DNA of 64,000 nt from Poseidonia sp. (GCA_022426155.1 JAKMEE010000022.1:90610-154609), one strand, 5' to 3'; positions 39,814-49,715 are shown, counted from the first letter of the stretch. A program made the numbers and translations. Notes: a model not told the origin generated them from the letters alone.

Positions 39814-40283
39814 TGCAACACACTTTCTCGTCCCCTGATGGGCCAATTGAAGTGACCTTGGGGAAGGACGATGGTGCCTTTGCATTGGCTGGTCACCGTG
39901 CCATCCTGATTGGCGACGGTAGGTTGCGTGTGACACTTGGCGATGGGCGAATCATGTTTGGGCATGTTGCAAAAGTTGGTGACGTGTGGTGGGTCGCTCT
40001 TGGCGGCCACACTTATCGTTGGGAGCGCATGGAGGCGGGCGCATCTGCTGGTGGCAATGAAGGGGGGCTCATCGCTCCCATGCCAGGAAAGGTGTTACAG
40101 GTCTTGGTAAAAGTTGGGCACACGGTTGAGGCGGGCCAAGCATTGATGGTGCTAGAAGCCATGAAAATGGAACACCGAATCGTTGCACCATCCGATGGTA
40201 TTGTTACAATGATCCATTTTGCTGATGGAGACCAAGTTGAACAAGGAGCCTCGTTACTTGAAATTGAGGCCGAGTCAGAGTAA
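39813..40283 (+). CDS. Biotin carboxyl carrier protein (biotinyl/lipoyl domain)
   Basis: C-terminal biotinylation motif LEAMKMEH. Its start overlaps the biotin carboxylase stop (TGATG). Confidence 0.85.
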   Translation: MQHTFSSPDGPIEVTLGKDDGAFALAGHRAILIGDGRLRVTLGDGRIMFGHVAKVGDVWWVALGGHTYRWERMEAGASAGGNEGGLIAPMPGKVLQVLVKVGHTVEAGQALMVLEAMKMEHRIVAPSDGIVTMIHFADGDQVEQGASLLEIEAESE

Positions 40284-40313
40284 TTTTCAATTGGGAATTT
40301 AATTTTCAAATTG
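40281..40313 (+). promoter_or_regulatory. Tandem A/T-rich direct repeat (TAATTTTCAA x2) upstream of the RND exporter gene
   Basis: TAATTTTCAA occurs at 40281-40290 and 40300-40309, each followed by (A)TTG, about 95-125 nt upstream of ATG 40406. It could be TATA/BRE elements or an operator. Confidence 0.3.
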
Positions 40314-40405
40314 ATAAATGGGATGAAAATGGTTCCGCATTGGCCAGAAGGCTGTTACGTGCTTTCTAAACAGGCGGTTATAAGCAATGAGTTTGTGCAA
40401 AAATC

Positions 40406-43186
40406 ATGCGAAATCCTTTCATGATGTTGACTGATTACAGTGTAACAAAACCAGTTCAGGCTTTCTCAGCGATTATATTCGCGGTCCTGCTTCTTGCCTC
40501 TGGGGCCATGCACCTTGAATTTGACAACAGTGAAGACGGATTTTTTCCCGATGACCCAAGCGTCGACCTTCTCTTAGAAGTCGAAGAAGAATATCGTTCC
40601 AACATTGATTTCATACGCGTGATTGACGAAATAGAGCCAGAAGGCATGCTCAACGCATCCACATGGGGCCAGTTGTCAATCGTTGAAGCAGCATTACTCA
40701 ATGACTCATCGTTTGAACCCTATCACTATCCGTTATTCGGTGCCCAAGCCAATAACGGTCCGGCTTCCAACGCCATGCAGTGGTTCAATTACCAAGATGA
40801 AACAACAGCACAGACTTGGCTGGTGCCGTTGCAATCGGCCATGATCGAGGTCTTAACTTCGGATTCAAACAACCTCTCCATCGCTTTGAGTAATCTCTCT
40901 GCGGCCTCGGTAAATGTGCCGACAGTTGAGCTCGTAACTCCTGAACGACTCTTAGGTTGGGACGTTGGAGTCCCCGCTGAGTGGTTGCCCAGGCTTGATT
41001 CTGGGGCGAACCTGTCCGAGGAACTTGGCGCCCTTAGTGGCCAATTGGCAGGTGCATCAGAGGGGCGCACTCCCAGCGAAATAGGAACCATTCTCGCCGT
41101 AACTGGGCCACTTCAGGGTCAAATTGGTCCACTCATCGGCCTGCAAACAGTTGATTTCCGTTCAGCAATTCTATCGTGTTTGCCAGCAGACGATGCATCG
41201 AATCCATGGGTTTCAGACGGGCCAGTATTGGTGACATTGGTGGTAACCAGCGAGCCATTGGATTATGATTATGAAATCTTAGGAGATGTGCAAGAAGACC
41301 TCACTCTCTGGGCGGAAAACTTCCAGAGCACCATCATTGAAATCACAGGTGATGATGATATACGAACGTTTTCATTTGCACAATTTTCGTCCAATTCATC
41401 CGCTACGATTGGAAAAGAAATCGGTATGCTTACAAGTGCTGCCATGCTTCTCTTAGGTTTGATTTTGTGGTTCAATTTCCGAAGTAAACGAGAGACTGCC
41501 TATGTACTTGGGCTGACGGTTTTCGCTATTCTGGCGACTTACGGCCTTTCAGGTTGGTTGCAATACTTTGGAGTCAACATGACGTTCAATGCAGCAATGA
41601 ATTCTATCCCAGTCTTACTCCTGGCCATCGGGGTCGATTACGGGTTACACGTGGTTATCCGGATTAGAGAAGAGCTACAAAACGAAGAAGAAAACCACCC
41701 ACTTGGTCGACAGACATTGAGAGATTTTGACCTTGAAATTCGACGTAAAGCTATTCGTCAAGGAACCATCTTGACCTCTATTGCTCTCCTGATTGCCATC
41801 TTTACAGACATCGTTGGGTTCCTTTCCTTCCGATTTTCCAGCCTTGCCTTCCTCCAAGTATTCGGGACCGTGATCGCTATCGGTTTGTTTTTCATCTACG
41901 TCCTGAGCATATCGGCCCTCCCAGCACTGATGCTCATATTGCCACCCAAGCGTTTGCCCCTCGATAAGGCCAGCAAAATTGCTGTGGGTCCGATCAGCAA
42001 CAACATTGCAACGCTTTCCGAACGCCCCACACTCGTTGGCGTGCTTGCCGTCCTCCTATTGGTGCCGATGTTCTTTGGGTTCCAACAACTCGAGGTAGCC
42101 TTTGAGCAGCGAGATCAACTCGATACCAGCATCCCTGTTGTTCAAGATTTCTTGCTAATCAGTGACGACTTCGGCACCAGTCGTTCACCACTTTACATCG
42201 TATTGGATGGAGACATCATGTCCGATGAGGGAAGGGATGCATGGTTGAAGGCCTCTGCAGGAATTTCCACACTCGATGAAGTCAATGGTGTTCCCAACGG
42301 TTTGTGGGACGCTCTCGAACAGGCACGTACCCAAGACGTGGGCCTCAACGCCCTTTTGTTATCGGTTGAACAAGGCGATGAAGGAGCATGGCAATCCCTC
42401 GAGAGTTGGGCCATGAATAACAACACAGGAATTGAATTGACAAAGAGTATGTTAGCACGTGACGGTGAGCAAACAGTGATTTCATTCCAGGCTGATACAC
42501 TGGATTGGGCAGCAACTGTTGACCTTGCAGCTGCGATTGATGATGCTTTAACTCTCATGGGGGATGACATTGAAGGCGACTACACACTTCGTCTCAGCGG
42601 TCGCAGTTTGATCAATGCACAAACCACAGCTGATGTTGCCACGGCTTCCATTCAATCGACAGCGATTGTTGCTGGTGTGATTTTATTGATGCTCATTGGC
42701 ATTCACTCCTCTCGAAATCAAAGCATTGTCGAAGGCTTGCAGCGTGGCTTCGTTTCTTGGATTCCTCTGATGATGGTCGTGGTATGGGTCTACGGTTTGA
42801 TGGGCTTTACAGGCTACAACATCAATTCCCAAACCGTGACGATAGGAGCACTATCACTGGGCCTAGGTGTTGACTATGCTGTGCATTTCACAACACGTCT
42901 TGAAGAAGAAGCCGTCCATCGGCCCTTTGCGTCATCTCATGATTGGGTCGCTCGCTCTACAGCAACGACTGGGCGGGCGATGGGTGGTGCTGCCTTGACC
43001 ACAGCTGGTGGTTTCGCCGTCCTCAACCTCTCAGCTTTGCTACCATTGCGATTGTTTGGTCAAGCCTTTGTCGTGGCCATTGGTCTTGCACTGCTCTCAA
43101 GCCTTCTCATCTTGCCTGCCCTTTACGCTCCGTTCTTACGGCGTGATGCTCGCGCAGCACAATCCAAACATGAGGGAGAGGAATGA
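40406..43186 (+). CDS. RND-superfamily (MMPL/SSD-type) exporter
   Basis: Two 6-TM bundles, each preceded by a large extracytoplasmic domain. Conserved GVDYGLHVVIRIREE and GVDYAVHFTTRLEEE blocks are typical of the predicted-exporter RND family. Confidence 0.8.
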   Translation: MRNPFMMLTDYSVTKPVQAFSAIIFAVLLLASGAMHLEFDNSEDGFFPDDPSVDLLLEVEEEYRSNIDFIRVIDEIEPEGMLNASTWGQLSIVEAALLNDSSFEPYHYPLFGAQANNGPASNAMQWFNYQDETTAQTWLVPLQSAMIEVLTSDSNNLSIALSNLSAASVNVPTVELVTPERLLGWDVGVPAEWLPRLDSGANLSEELGALSGQLAGASEGRTPSEIGTILAVTGPLQGQIGPLIGLQTVDFRSAILSCLPADDASNPWVSDGPVLVTLVVTSEPLDYDYEILGDVQEDLTLWAENFQSTIIEITGDDDIRTFSFAQFSSNSSATIGKEIGMLTSAAMLLLGLILWFNFRSKRETAYVLGLTVFAILATYGLSGWLQYFGVNMTFNAAMNSIPVLLLAIGVDYGLHVVIRIREELQNEEENHPLGRQTLRDFDLEIRRKAIRQGTILTSIALLIAIFTDIVGFLSFRFSSLAFLQVFGTVIAIGLFFIYVLSISALPALMLILPPKRLPLDKASKIAVGPISNNIATLSERPTLVGVLAVLLLVPMFFGFQQLEVAFEQRDQLDTSIPVVQDFLLISDDFGTSRSPLYIVLDGDIMSDEGRDAWLKASAGISTLDEVNGVPNGLWDALEQARTQDVGLNALLLSVEQGDEGAWQSLESWAMNNNTGIELTKSMLARDGEQTVISFQADTLDWAATVDLAAAIDDALTLMGDDIEGDYTLRLSGRSLINAQTTADVATASIQSTAIVAGVILLMLIGIHSSRNQSIVEGLQRGFVSWIPLMMVVVWVYGLMGFTGYNINSQTVTIGALSLGLGVDYAVHFTTRLEEEAVHRPFASSHDWVARSTATTGRAMGGAALTTAGGFAVLNLSALLPLRLFGQAFVVAIGLALLSSLLILPALYAPFLRRDARAAQSKHEGEE

Positions 43187-43725
43187 ATCGTAAAACCGTC
43201 TTTTGGTTCACGTTTCTTGTAGGACCACTCGTCCTGTTGTCCTATATTCGCGGCGTCAATGCAGTACCCGATGCCTCGGTCTATTGGGGGGGAGTTCCAT
43301 CTGGGATGCAGACCCTTATCGTTCCGTGGATGTTTGTTGCAGCAGCAGGGTATCTTCTCATGCTCTACCAGTTCTTTTCAGGGTGGACAGAGGAAGATGT
43401 CGCTAGTCTGAATTGGCCAGGTAAGTCTCCCGACGGACAAGGAACGAATCGGTTGATGTTGCTCTATGCTTCCTTTCTCGTGTCTTCGATGCTGTGGATT
43501 GATGCCACCCGCTGGCACATAGAGGGCCCCTCCTTCTTCACAGCAGCCATTGTCATTGGCATCTTGGCCATCGCAGGTATTGCATCGGTAGGTTTTGGGG
43601 TGCTGGCATGGAGCAGCCGTGGCCGTTTGGAGAATGCCAATCGGGTGATGATTGGTTCAGTGATGCTTTCCATTCAGTGCACCTTTTGGGATGCGATTTA
43701 TTGGACTCTCATGTTTCCCTGGTAG
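43183..43725 (+). CDS. Small 4-5 TM membrane protein, unknown function
   Basis: Its start overlaps the exporter stop (ATGA), implying co-translation. It is hydrophobic and I recognise no motif. Confidence 0.5.
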   Translation: MNRKTVFWFTFLVGPLVLLSYIRGVNAVPDASVYWGGVPSGMQTLIVPWMFVAAAGYLLMLYQFFSGWTEEDVASLNWPGKSPDGQGTNRLMLLYASFLVSSMLWIDATRWHIEGPSFFTAAIVIGILAIAGIASVGFGVLAWSSRGRLENANRVMIGSVMLSIQCTFWDAIYWTLMFPW

Positions 43726-43746
43726 GAACAGTGTTTGAAATAGGGT

Positions 43747-44382
43747 TTGAGATACATGCATGGCATGAAGAGTGGACCCCTACAATCAATCGTGATACTC
43801 TGCATGTTTGTGCTTTCAGGCTGCACTGCACCTGTAGAGGTGATCTCACCTCCAGTTGAAAGCACAGCGGCAGAACCTCTTCCCACTTTCCTCTCCTTTT
43901 CGGCATCCACCTTGGAGCGAACCGTAGATCAAGGTGATCAGCATGACCTTCGAAACAGTTTCGAGGGCCCTATTCTCTTGATTTGGGTGGCCGCTGGATG
44001 CAACGGCTGTCATGACTGGACGGATATGGTCCGAGAGGGACTTCAAAATGGAAGCATAGACAACTCTACCAATATTGTTTCAGTTCACCGATATGCCGAA
44101 TTTGAAAGCAAAGAATCCGTGATGAACGTCTATGGGGATAACAACAGCAGCCATTACGCACCGTGGCCAGTTCTCATGCCAACCCCTTCCACTCGAGTCA
44201 TCAATGCGTCCAGTGGACGAATGACCGACTTTGGATTGTATGAGGCTTTTGATAATCCAGTGACTCCAACAATTCAAGTGATTGATGAAGCCGGGCGGCT
44301 TGCTTGGACATCCAAGCATTACTGGGCCAATAGCACCGTTTTGGACGAAGCCTTGAACATCATGGAAGGTGGAGGTGAATAA
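43747..44382 (+). CDS. Lipobox thioredoxin-fold thiol:disulfide oxidoreductase (TlpA/ResA/CcmG-like)
   Basis: Signal peptide ends in LSGC (Cys codon 43822-43824). The active-site context ILLIWVAAGCNGCHDW matches FWAxWCxxCxxE of TlpA-like proteins. Confidence 0.65.
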   Translation: MRYMHGMKSGPLQSIVILCMFVLSGCTAPVEVISPPVESTAAEPLPTFLSFSASTLERTVDQGDQHDLRNSFEGPILLIWVAAGCNGCHDWTDMVREGLQNGSIDNSTNIVSVHRYAEFESKESVMNVYGDNNSSHYAPWPVLMPTPSTRVINASSGRMTDFGLYEAFDNPVTPTIQVIDEAGRLAWTSKHYWANSTVLDEALNIMEGGGE

Positions 44383-44383
44383 C

Positions 44384-44833
44384 ATGGTCTCAATGATTGA
44401 CGCCCTGTTTTGGTTTTCCAGCCTATACATTCTGCCATTCTGGTTGATGATGTGGTTTGCACCAAATCACGCCAGAACCAAGCAAATGATGAGCAATGAA
44501 TGGCTCTTCCTCGCACCACTGTTGGTCGCTTACAGCCTTGCCGTAGCCCCTCATGTATTGGACATTCTTTTGGCTTTCAGTAGCGAAATGCCAACACCTG
44601 AATCAGTCGTTGAAATGTTTGATGAAGACGACATTATACTTGTCGGCTGGTTGCACTTCTTGGCCTTTGACTTACTTGCAGGACGATGGACATGGCAGCG
44701 TTTGACAGAGCACCAGCAGCCGATTTTTGTGACATTACCCGTGCTGTTTCTCAGTATGATGGTTGCGCCTTTGGGATGCCTTGTTGGGATGCTTGTGACT
44801 CAAATTTCAACAGAGCCACCTTCTCAACTTTGA
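44384..44833 (+). CDS. Small membrane protein, ABA4/DUF4281-like
   Basis: Four hydrophobic helices. FWFSSLYILPFWLMMWFAP and VGWLHFLAFDLLAGRW resemble the ABA4-like family signature. Recalled, not verified. Confidence 0.45.
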   Translation: MVSMIDALFWFSSLYILPFWLMMWFAPNHARTKQMMSNEWLFLAPLLVAYSLAVAPHVLDILLAFSSEMPTPESVVEMFDEDDIILVGWLHFLAFDLLAGRWTWQRLTEHQQPIFVTLPVLFLSMMVAPLGCLVGMLVTQISTEPPSQL

Positions 44834-44845
44834 ATCGAAGTCGGT

Positions 44846-45604
44846 TCAGTTGGTCGAATCCGTCAGCTTTGAGGCTTGTATGGCAGCTCCTAGCGCTCCA
44901 GCATGTTGGCCATGGATGGCCTTTGAGAGCTGAAACTGATCCGAAAATAAAGATCCCAGGTCACCCCAATGTTCTGTGATCCCTCCCGATACAATCACTG
45001 TGTCTGGCTGAAACCATTCGTAAAAGCACTCCAATGCTACTTGAAATTCATCAACCCATTGTCTCAATGTCAATCCATTCACGGCCCTTGCCCGGCCCGA
45101 GGCATGGTCTTCGAGTGACCCTTCCTTGAATGGGTGTGGTTTCAATCCATATTCCAGATTGGGTTCTAAGGTACCATGACGATGAATAGTGGTACCAATG
45201 CCGGTTCCAACTGTGAGCGTCAGAACAGTTCCTTTGACGCTCTTGCCAGCTCCATGAGTGACCTCTGCTGTGCCAACAGCATCTGCATCGTTCATGGCGA
45301 CGATATCATTCATTCCGTCAATTCCAATCTCTGCAGATAAATCCAACCCAATCCATGCTTTTCCGAGATTTGGAGCGGTCTTCACAACACCCTTTTCCAC
45401 TGCCCCAGGGAATCCAATACCGATTATGCCGTTCCAATTCATCCCTCTTATTTCTGAACGAATGTTTGGTAAAATTGCAGTTGGGTGAACACCATTGGTG
45501 TGATGCCGCTGGATAAAATCGGATTGCAACACTCCAGTCGTGCAATCAAAAATGCCGATTCGAAAACCGCTCCCACCGATATCAATGCCCATCGATTGAA
45601 CCAT
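44846..45604 (-). CDS. ROK-family glucokinase (polyphosphate/ATP glucokinase-like)
   Basis: MGIDIGGSGFRIGIFD (ATPase phosphate-1 motif), GIGFPGAV, NDADAVG and LTVGTGIG. Start at ATG 45604, just after the upstream gene's stop; the longer ORF overlaps that gene. Confidence 0.75.
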   Translation of the reverse strand: MVQSMGIDIGGSGFRIGIFDCTTGVLQSDFIQRHHTNGVHPTAILPNIRSEIRGMNWNGIIGIGFPGAVEKGVVKTAPNLGKAWIGLDLSAEIGIDGMNDIVAMNDADAVGTAEVTHGAGKSVKGTVLTLTVGTGIGTTIHRHGTLEPNLEYGLKPHPFKEGSLEDHASGRARAVNGLTLRQWVDEFQVALECFYEWFQPDTVIVSGGITEHWGDLGSLFSDQFQLSKAIHGQHAGALGAAIQASKLTDSTN

Positions 45605-45614
45605 TGCGATCACT

Positions 45615-46346
45615 TCATTCCAATCGTGACTTGGCTTCAAGAATGGCTTCGACCAACGGGGGGAAGGTTGTCCCATGGGGCAGAGGTGACTGCACATCAG
45701 CAATCGCTGAGAGTTCGGGAAATGCACCCCCAACCGCAACCGACCATCGGGAGAATTCAAACATGGAGAGGTCGTTTGGGGCATCGCCAACGCACAAAAC
45801 ATCGTCTGCGGACCAGCCCATTCGCTCAAATAAATCCTGGAGGCCTTGGCCTTTGCTGATCACGGGGTCCATGATGTGAATAGCGAATCCCGTCCGAACA
45901 ACGGAGAGATGCGACCATTCACTGTTGCTCATGCATTCCTCAATGGCTTCAAGGTCTTCTGTAACTTTCAAGCACCATTCACTCTCTCTCCACTGATTTG
46001 TCTCGATTCCCTTTGGGTCAAGTCCATCGATTTGAGTGGCCAACCAATTCGCAGCCGTCCTTGCTTCTTCACCCGAGGCTCGAAGTAAAGGGCCATCCCA
46101 AGAAGTATCCCAAATGACACCCCCATTTTCACAACACAACGGTCCAGTCAATTGCAAAAAACGCCATAGCCCGTAGGCGATGGCTCGGACATTACCCGTG
46201 CTCAAAACAACAGGGATTCCATTGGCTTCCAATGTTTGAAGGGCTTGGATGGCCTCAACGGAAAGTCGTTTCTTTCCATCGGTAATGGTTCCATCGATGT
46301 CAACGGCCACAATCTTCGGGCACCACTCGCTTGGTAGCCATTCCAT
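45615..46346 (-). CDS. HAD-superfamily phosphatase (archaeal phosphoglycolate phosphatase-like, subfamily IIB)
   Basis: Motif I VAVDIDGTITD, motif II LSTGN, motif III/IV GDAPNDLSMF. Confidence 0.7.
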   Translation of the reverse strand: MEWLPSEWCPKIVAVDIDGTITDGKKRLSVEAIQALQTLEANGIPVVLSTGNVRAIAYGLWRFLQLTGPLCCENGGVIWDTSWDGPLLRASGEEARTAANWLATQIDGLDPKGIETNQWRESEWCLKVTEDLEAIEECMSNSEWSHLSVVRTGFAIHIMDPVISKGQGLQDLFERMGWSADDVLCVGDAPNDLSMFEFSRWSVAVGGAFPELSAIADVQSPLPHGTTFPPLVEAILEAKSRLE

Positions 46347-46447
46347 GGTTTGGCCATCGCTCGTGGTTCTTTGAAGATTCGCACCATCGATGTCTGACCC
46401 ATCTCAAGAAGGCGAGACTTGATGAATCACCATCAAGTGGAAGTCTT

Positions 46448-49150
46448 ATGGCAGCAGGAGGTGACGATGAAGTCTTCTTGTCGCTAGAGGATGATGAGGT
46501 TGTAAAATCAGCCGTAAAACCATCCAAACCAGTGTCTAAAACTGAACCCGTAATGGAAGACACATCGTACTTGGATGCCGAGATTCTCGACACCTCCGTC
46601 ACACAATTACCTTCGGGTACCTATGAGGTCACATGGCCTTTGCTTGGAATGGACTGCCCAGATTGTGCTTCAAAGGCCATGGGGGCGCTCTCAAATATGA
46701 AGCAAGTTACCGAATCAATGGTTTCAGCAACTTCTGGCGATGTTCGGTTGAGCATCAATTTGGAAGCAGGGCCGCTCGCTGAAGTTTCCTCAGTACTCCG
46801 TTCGCTCGGACATGCACCCAATATTGAACATCACGAGTTGGTGGGTGTGCGTGCGAAAGCTGTGGCTCATCGGAATGCGGTTCCCCTGCAAAAACTTGAA
46901 CGTTTATTGCGCCAACAACCTGGAATTCTCGATGCTGAAGTGTCGGATGATGATCGCATTTTGGTTCAGCTCGTCTCTCAAGCCAATGCATCCTTGCTCA
47001 AGTCTCGCGATGAAGCGATGGAACACATCATTGGGACCGAACCGAAGTATTCCGTGGCTCGTTCCAATCGCCTCCGGCCAGATCAATGGAGATTGATCGG
47101 AGGAGGCATTGCCCTACCAGTTCTTTTGCTTGTGATTCTGGCAGAAATATTTGGGTTCCATGGCTCAATTCTCGCAGCCATAGCTATTCCGGGTGTATTA
47201 CTCGGAGGTCTTCAAATGTTCAGAGAAGCACTTGCTTCGCTCAAGAACAGACAAATGGGCTTCCAAGTGCTCACCAGCTTGGCCGTGATTGGGGCCTGCG
47301 TACTAGGCATGTGGGAAGAAGCCCTGATCGTGGCCATCCTCGTAGCCTTCACTGCTCACCTCGAGGGCGATGCCCTCTTGAAAGCCAGAGAGGCAATGCA
47401 AGGCGGTCTTGACCGATTGCCTCGAACAGCTCGGAAACTAACAGAAGAAAATGCTTTTTGCGTTGATGACATTGTAGTTCCCGCACAGGGGATCGCTTTG
47501 CCCATGGCGGGTGTAGTCATCGGTTCATTGGCGATGGCTCCAACAAATCAAACCACTCAGAGCGACACAGAGATGGTTCCCATTGACCTTGTTCACCCAG
47601 GGGATAAACTCGAGATACGAAGTGGAGAACTCATCCCTGCCGATGGACGCATCATTGAAGGCAAAGGTGGTTTGGACAAAGCTCCGCTTACTGGTGAATC
47701 GGTCCCTGTTGAAGTCGGAATTGGAGATGTCATTGAGGCAGGTTTGGTATTGGCTCGTGGACCAGTCGTGGTGGAAGTGTTGGCTGTGGGTGCCCAAACC
47801 CGCCTATCGGGGCTTATAGATGCGGTTCACTCATTCCGCGAAACCCCACCCCGCCTACAAAGCGGGATCGAGAAATTTACCGCCATTTGGGTGCCCTTTG
47901 TTCTGTTCGGGGCCTTTGCGGTATGGTATTTCATGTTCCCTGAGGATTGGAAAATCATCCTCCTACTTTGGGTTGTATCATGCCCCTGTGCGCTTCTCTT
48001 AGCGACGCCAGTCCCTCACGCAGCAGCTCTTTCAAACGCGGCACACAAAGGAGTCATCGTACGGGGTGGTGATGTCCTAGAGCGCATGGCCCGAGTAAAT
48101 CACGTCCTCCTTGACAAGACAGGTACGCTCACATCAGGACGTCCAACCGTTGGTTCGGTTGTGATGGGGAAGAAACGTCAACTCAAGTCCGCATTGCAAT
48201 TGATGATGGGACTTGAATTACGTTCATCTCACCCGTATGCATTGGCAGTTGTTGATCATTGCACGAATGAAGGCATTGAAGCAGCAACCTTGAGTGAATT
48301 AGCCGATATTGATGCCGGGGTGGAGGGGCTTCATGGAAAGACCAAGGTGTCATTCATTCGCCCAGACAAGGCCTCAAGTTTGGGCATTGAAGTCGAACCG
48401 GAATTGAAAGCGGCCTTCGAAGATGCTCAACAACTCGGTCATGGTGCAAGCATGCTTGTTAAGGATGGGGTAGGCATTGCTTTGATGACCTTTATTCACG
48501 ATGATACTCGTGATGGTGCAGATGAATTGATTGCTGAGATGTACAAACGAAACATCAACGTTGAAATTCTATCTGGTGACCACCAAAGTGCAGTTTCGGA
48601 TTTTGCACGCTCTGTAGGTTTGCCTGAATCAGCTGCACATGGGGGCCTGAGTCCAGAAGCTAAGGTTCAATGGGTCAAGGGGCGCTCAGCCTCGCATGTT
48701 ACTATGATGGTTGGCGACGGGTTCAACGATGCAGCAGCGCTTGCTGTTGCAGACGTTGGAGTGGCCGTCGGAACCGGTGAATCGGTGAACCTTGAGGCAG
48801 CAGACATTCTCATTCCAGGAGATGACCCTCGCATGTTGACCGATATGGTGGATTTGGCAAGAAAGGCTCAACGAACACTGACTCAGAATTTGTTTTTCTC
48901 TGTGGCTATTACACTGACATTGGTCTTCGCAGTTATCAATCAATGGTATGACCAATTATGGGTTGGTGTTTTGATCCATGAAGCCTCGGTTATTCTCGTC
49001 ATTCTCAATGGGGCGCGTCTTGCCCAAAACGGTCAGGCCATCCCCTTGCTCATAGAGACGCTACGGACGATGGTTCAAGATACAAAGGAAGCATTTGCTT
49101 CGTTCAAAGCCCGTTACCTAAGCCAAAAAGCCGACTCCACTTCGGCTTAA
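46448..49150 (+). CDS. Heavy-metal-translocating P1B-type ATPase
   Basis: N-terminal HMA domain GMDCPDCASKA. Also TGES, the TM6 motif SCPCALLLATP, DKTGTLT, GDGFNDAAAL, and the last TM with HEASVILVILNGARL. Start at ATG 46448; the ORF-track TTG 46331 overlaps the divergent gene. Confidence 0.9.
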   Translation: MAAGGDDEVFLSLEDDEVVKSAVKPSKPVSKTEPVMEDTSYLDAEILDTSVTQLPSGTYEVTWPLLGMDCPDCASKAMGALSNMKQVTESMVSATSGDVRLSINLEAGPLAEVSSVLRSLGHAPNIEHHELVGVRAKAVAHRNAVPLQKLERLLRQQPGILDAEVSDDDRILVQLVSQANASLLKSRDEAMEHIIGTEPKYSVARSNRLRPDQWRLIGGGIALPVLLLVILAEIFGFHGSILAAIAIPGVLLGGLQMFREALASLKNRQMGFQVLTSLAVIGACVLGMWEEALIVAILVAFTAHLEGDALLKAREAMQGGLDRLPRTARKLTEENAFCVDDIVVPAQGIALPMAGVVIGSLAMAPTNQTTQSDTEMVPIDLVHPGDKLEIRSGELIPADGRIIEGKGGLDKAPLTGESVPVEVGIGDVIEAGLVLARGPVVVEVLAVGAQTRLSGLIDAVHSFRETPPRLQSGIEKFTAIWVPFVLFGAFAVWYFMFPEDWKIILLLWVVSCPCALLLATPVPHAAALSNAAHKGVIVRGGDVLERMARVNHVLLDKTGTLTSGRPTVGSVVMGKKRQLKSALQLMMGLELRSSHPYALAVVDHCTNEGIEAATLSELADIDAGVEGLHGKTKVSFIRPDKASSLGIEVEPELKAAFEDAQQLGHGASMLVKDGVGIALMTFIHDDTRDGADELIAEMYKRNINVEILSGDHQSAVSDFARSVGLPESAAHGGLSPEAKVQWVKGRSASHVTMMVGDGFNDAAALAVADVGVAVGTGESVNLEAADILIPGDDPRMLTDMVDLARKAQRTLTQNLFFSVAITLTLVFAVINQWYDQLWVGVLIHEASVILVILNGARLAQNGQAIPLLIETLRTMVQDTKEAFASFKARYLSQKADSTSA

Positions 49151-49202
49151 TTCTCGCGACATCTTCAAACCCTCCAGCGTTCTCTTCGGTTTGGGTGGGA
49201 GT

Positions 49203-49697
49203 ATGGCGAGAGTACGAGGAGACCCCATCACGACGGCACTTGCCCATCCAACTCGTCGTGCAGCCTACCTTCAATTGGCAGGAATCGATGAGATGAGTAC
49301 CGTCCAGCTTCAGGCTGCAGTCGGCGTTGACCGATACAACCTGTATCACCACCTCAAGAAACTCAAATCTCTTGGCCTCGTTGAAAACCATCGTGACGCA
49401 GGGCGCGCTCGTTGGTGGAGAATGGCTCAACGCGTCGCCCTTCCCGAATTACTTGAAGCGCAACCTAACTCCACACCATCATCCAAACCGATTCAAACCA
49501 CAGCAGGAGAAACTTCAGCGGCTCTTGAGATTGATGAAGAAGGTCGTGATATCGTGGTTCTCCAATTGGAAGGGTCACGGGACCAGGTGAGTGCAAAGCA
49601 GCTCATTGAGCGCCTCGCAAACGAATTCGGTTTGGAAGTTGATTTGTCATGGAATTTTATTCCTGAAAAGTTGGTTTTGTATTCCAAAAAGCGATGA
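49203..49697 (+). CDS. ArsR-type winged-helix transcriptional regulator
   Basis: ALAHPTRRAAYLQLAG...MSTVQLQAAVGVDRYNLYHHLKKLKSLGLVE is the typical ArsR/SmtB HTH. No obvious Cys metal site lies in the HTH region. Confidence 0.7.
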   Translation: MARVRGDPITTALAHPTRRAAYLQLAGIDEMSTVQLQAAVGVDRYNLYHHLKKLKSLGLVENHRDAGRARWWRMAQRVALPELLEAQPNSTPSSKPIQTTAGETSAALEIDEEGRDIVVLQLEGSRDQVSAKQLIERLANEFGLEVDLSWNFIPEKLVLYSKKR

Positions 49698-49715
49698 CAT
49701 TTGGAGGTTATTGGC

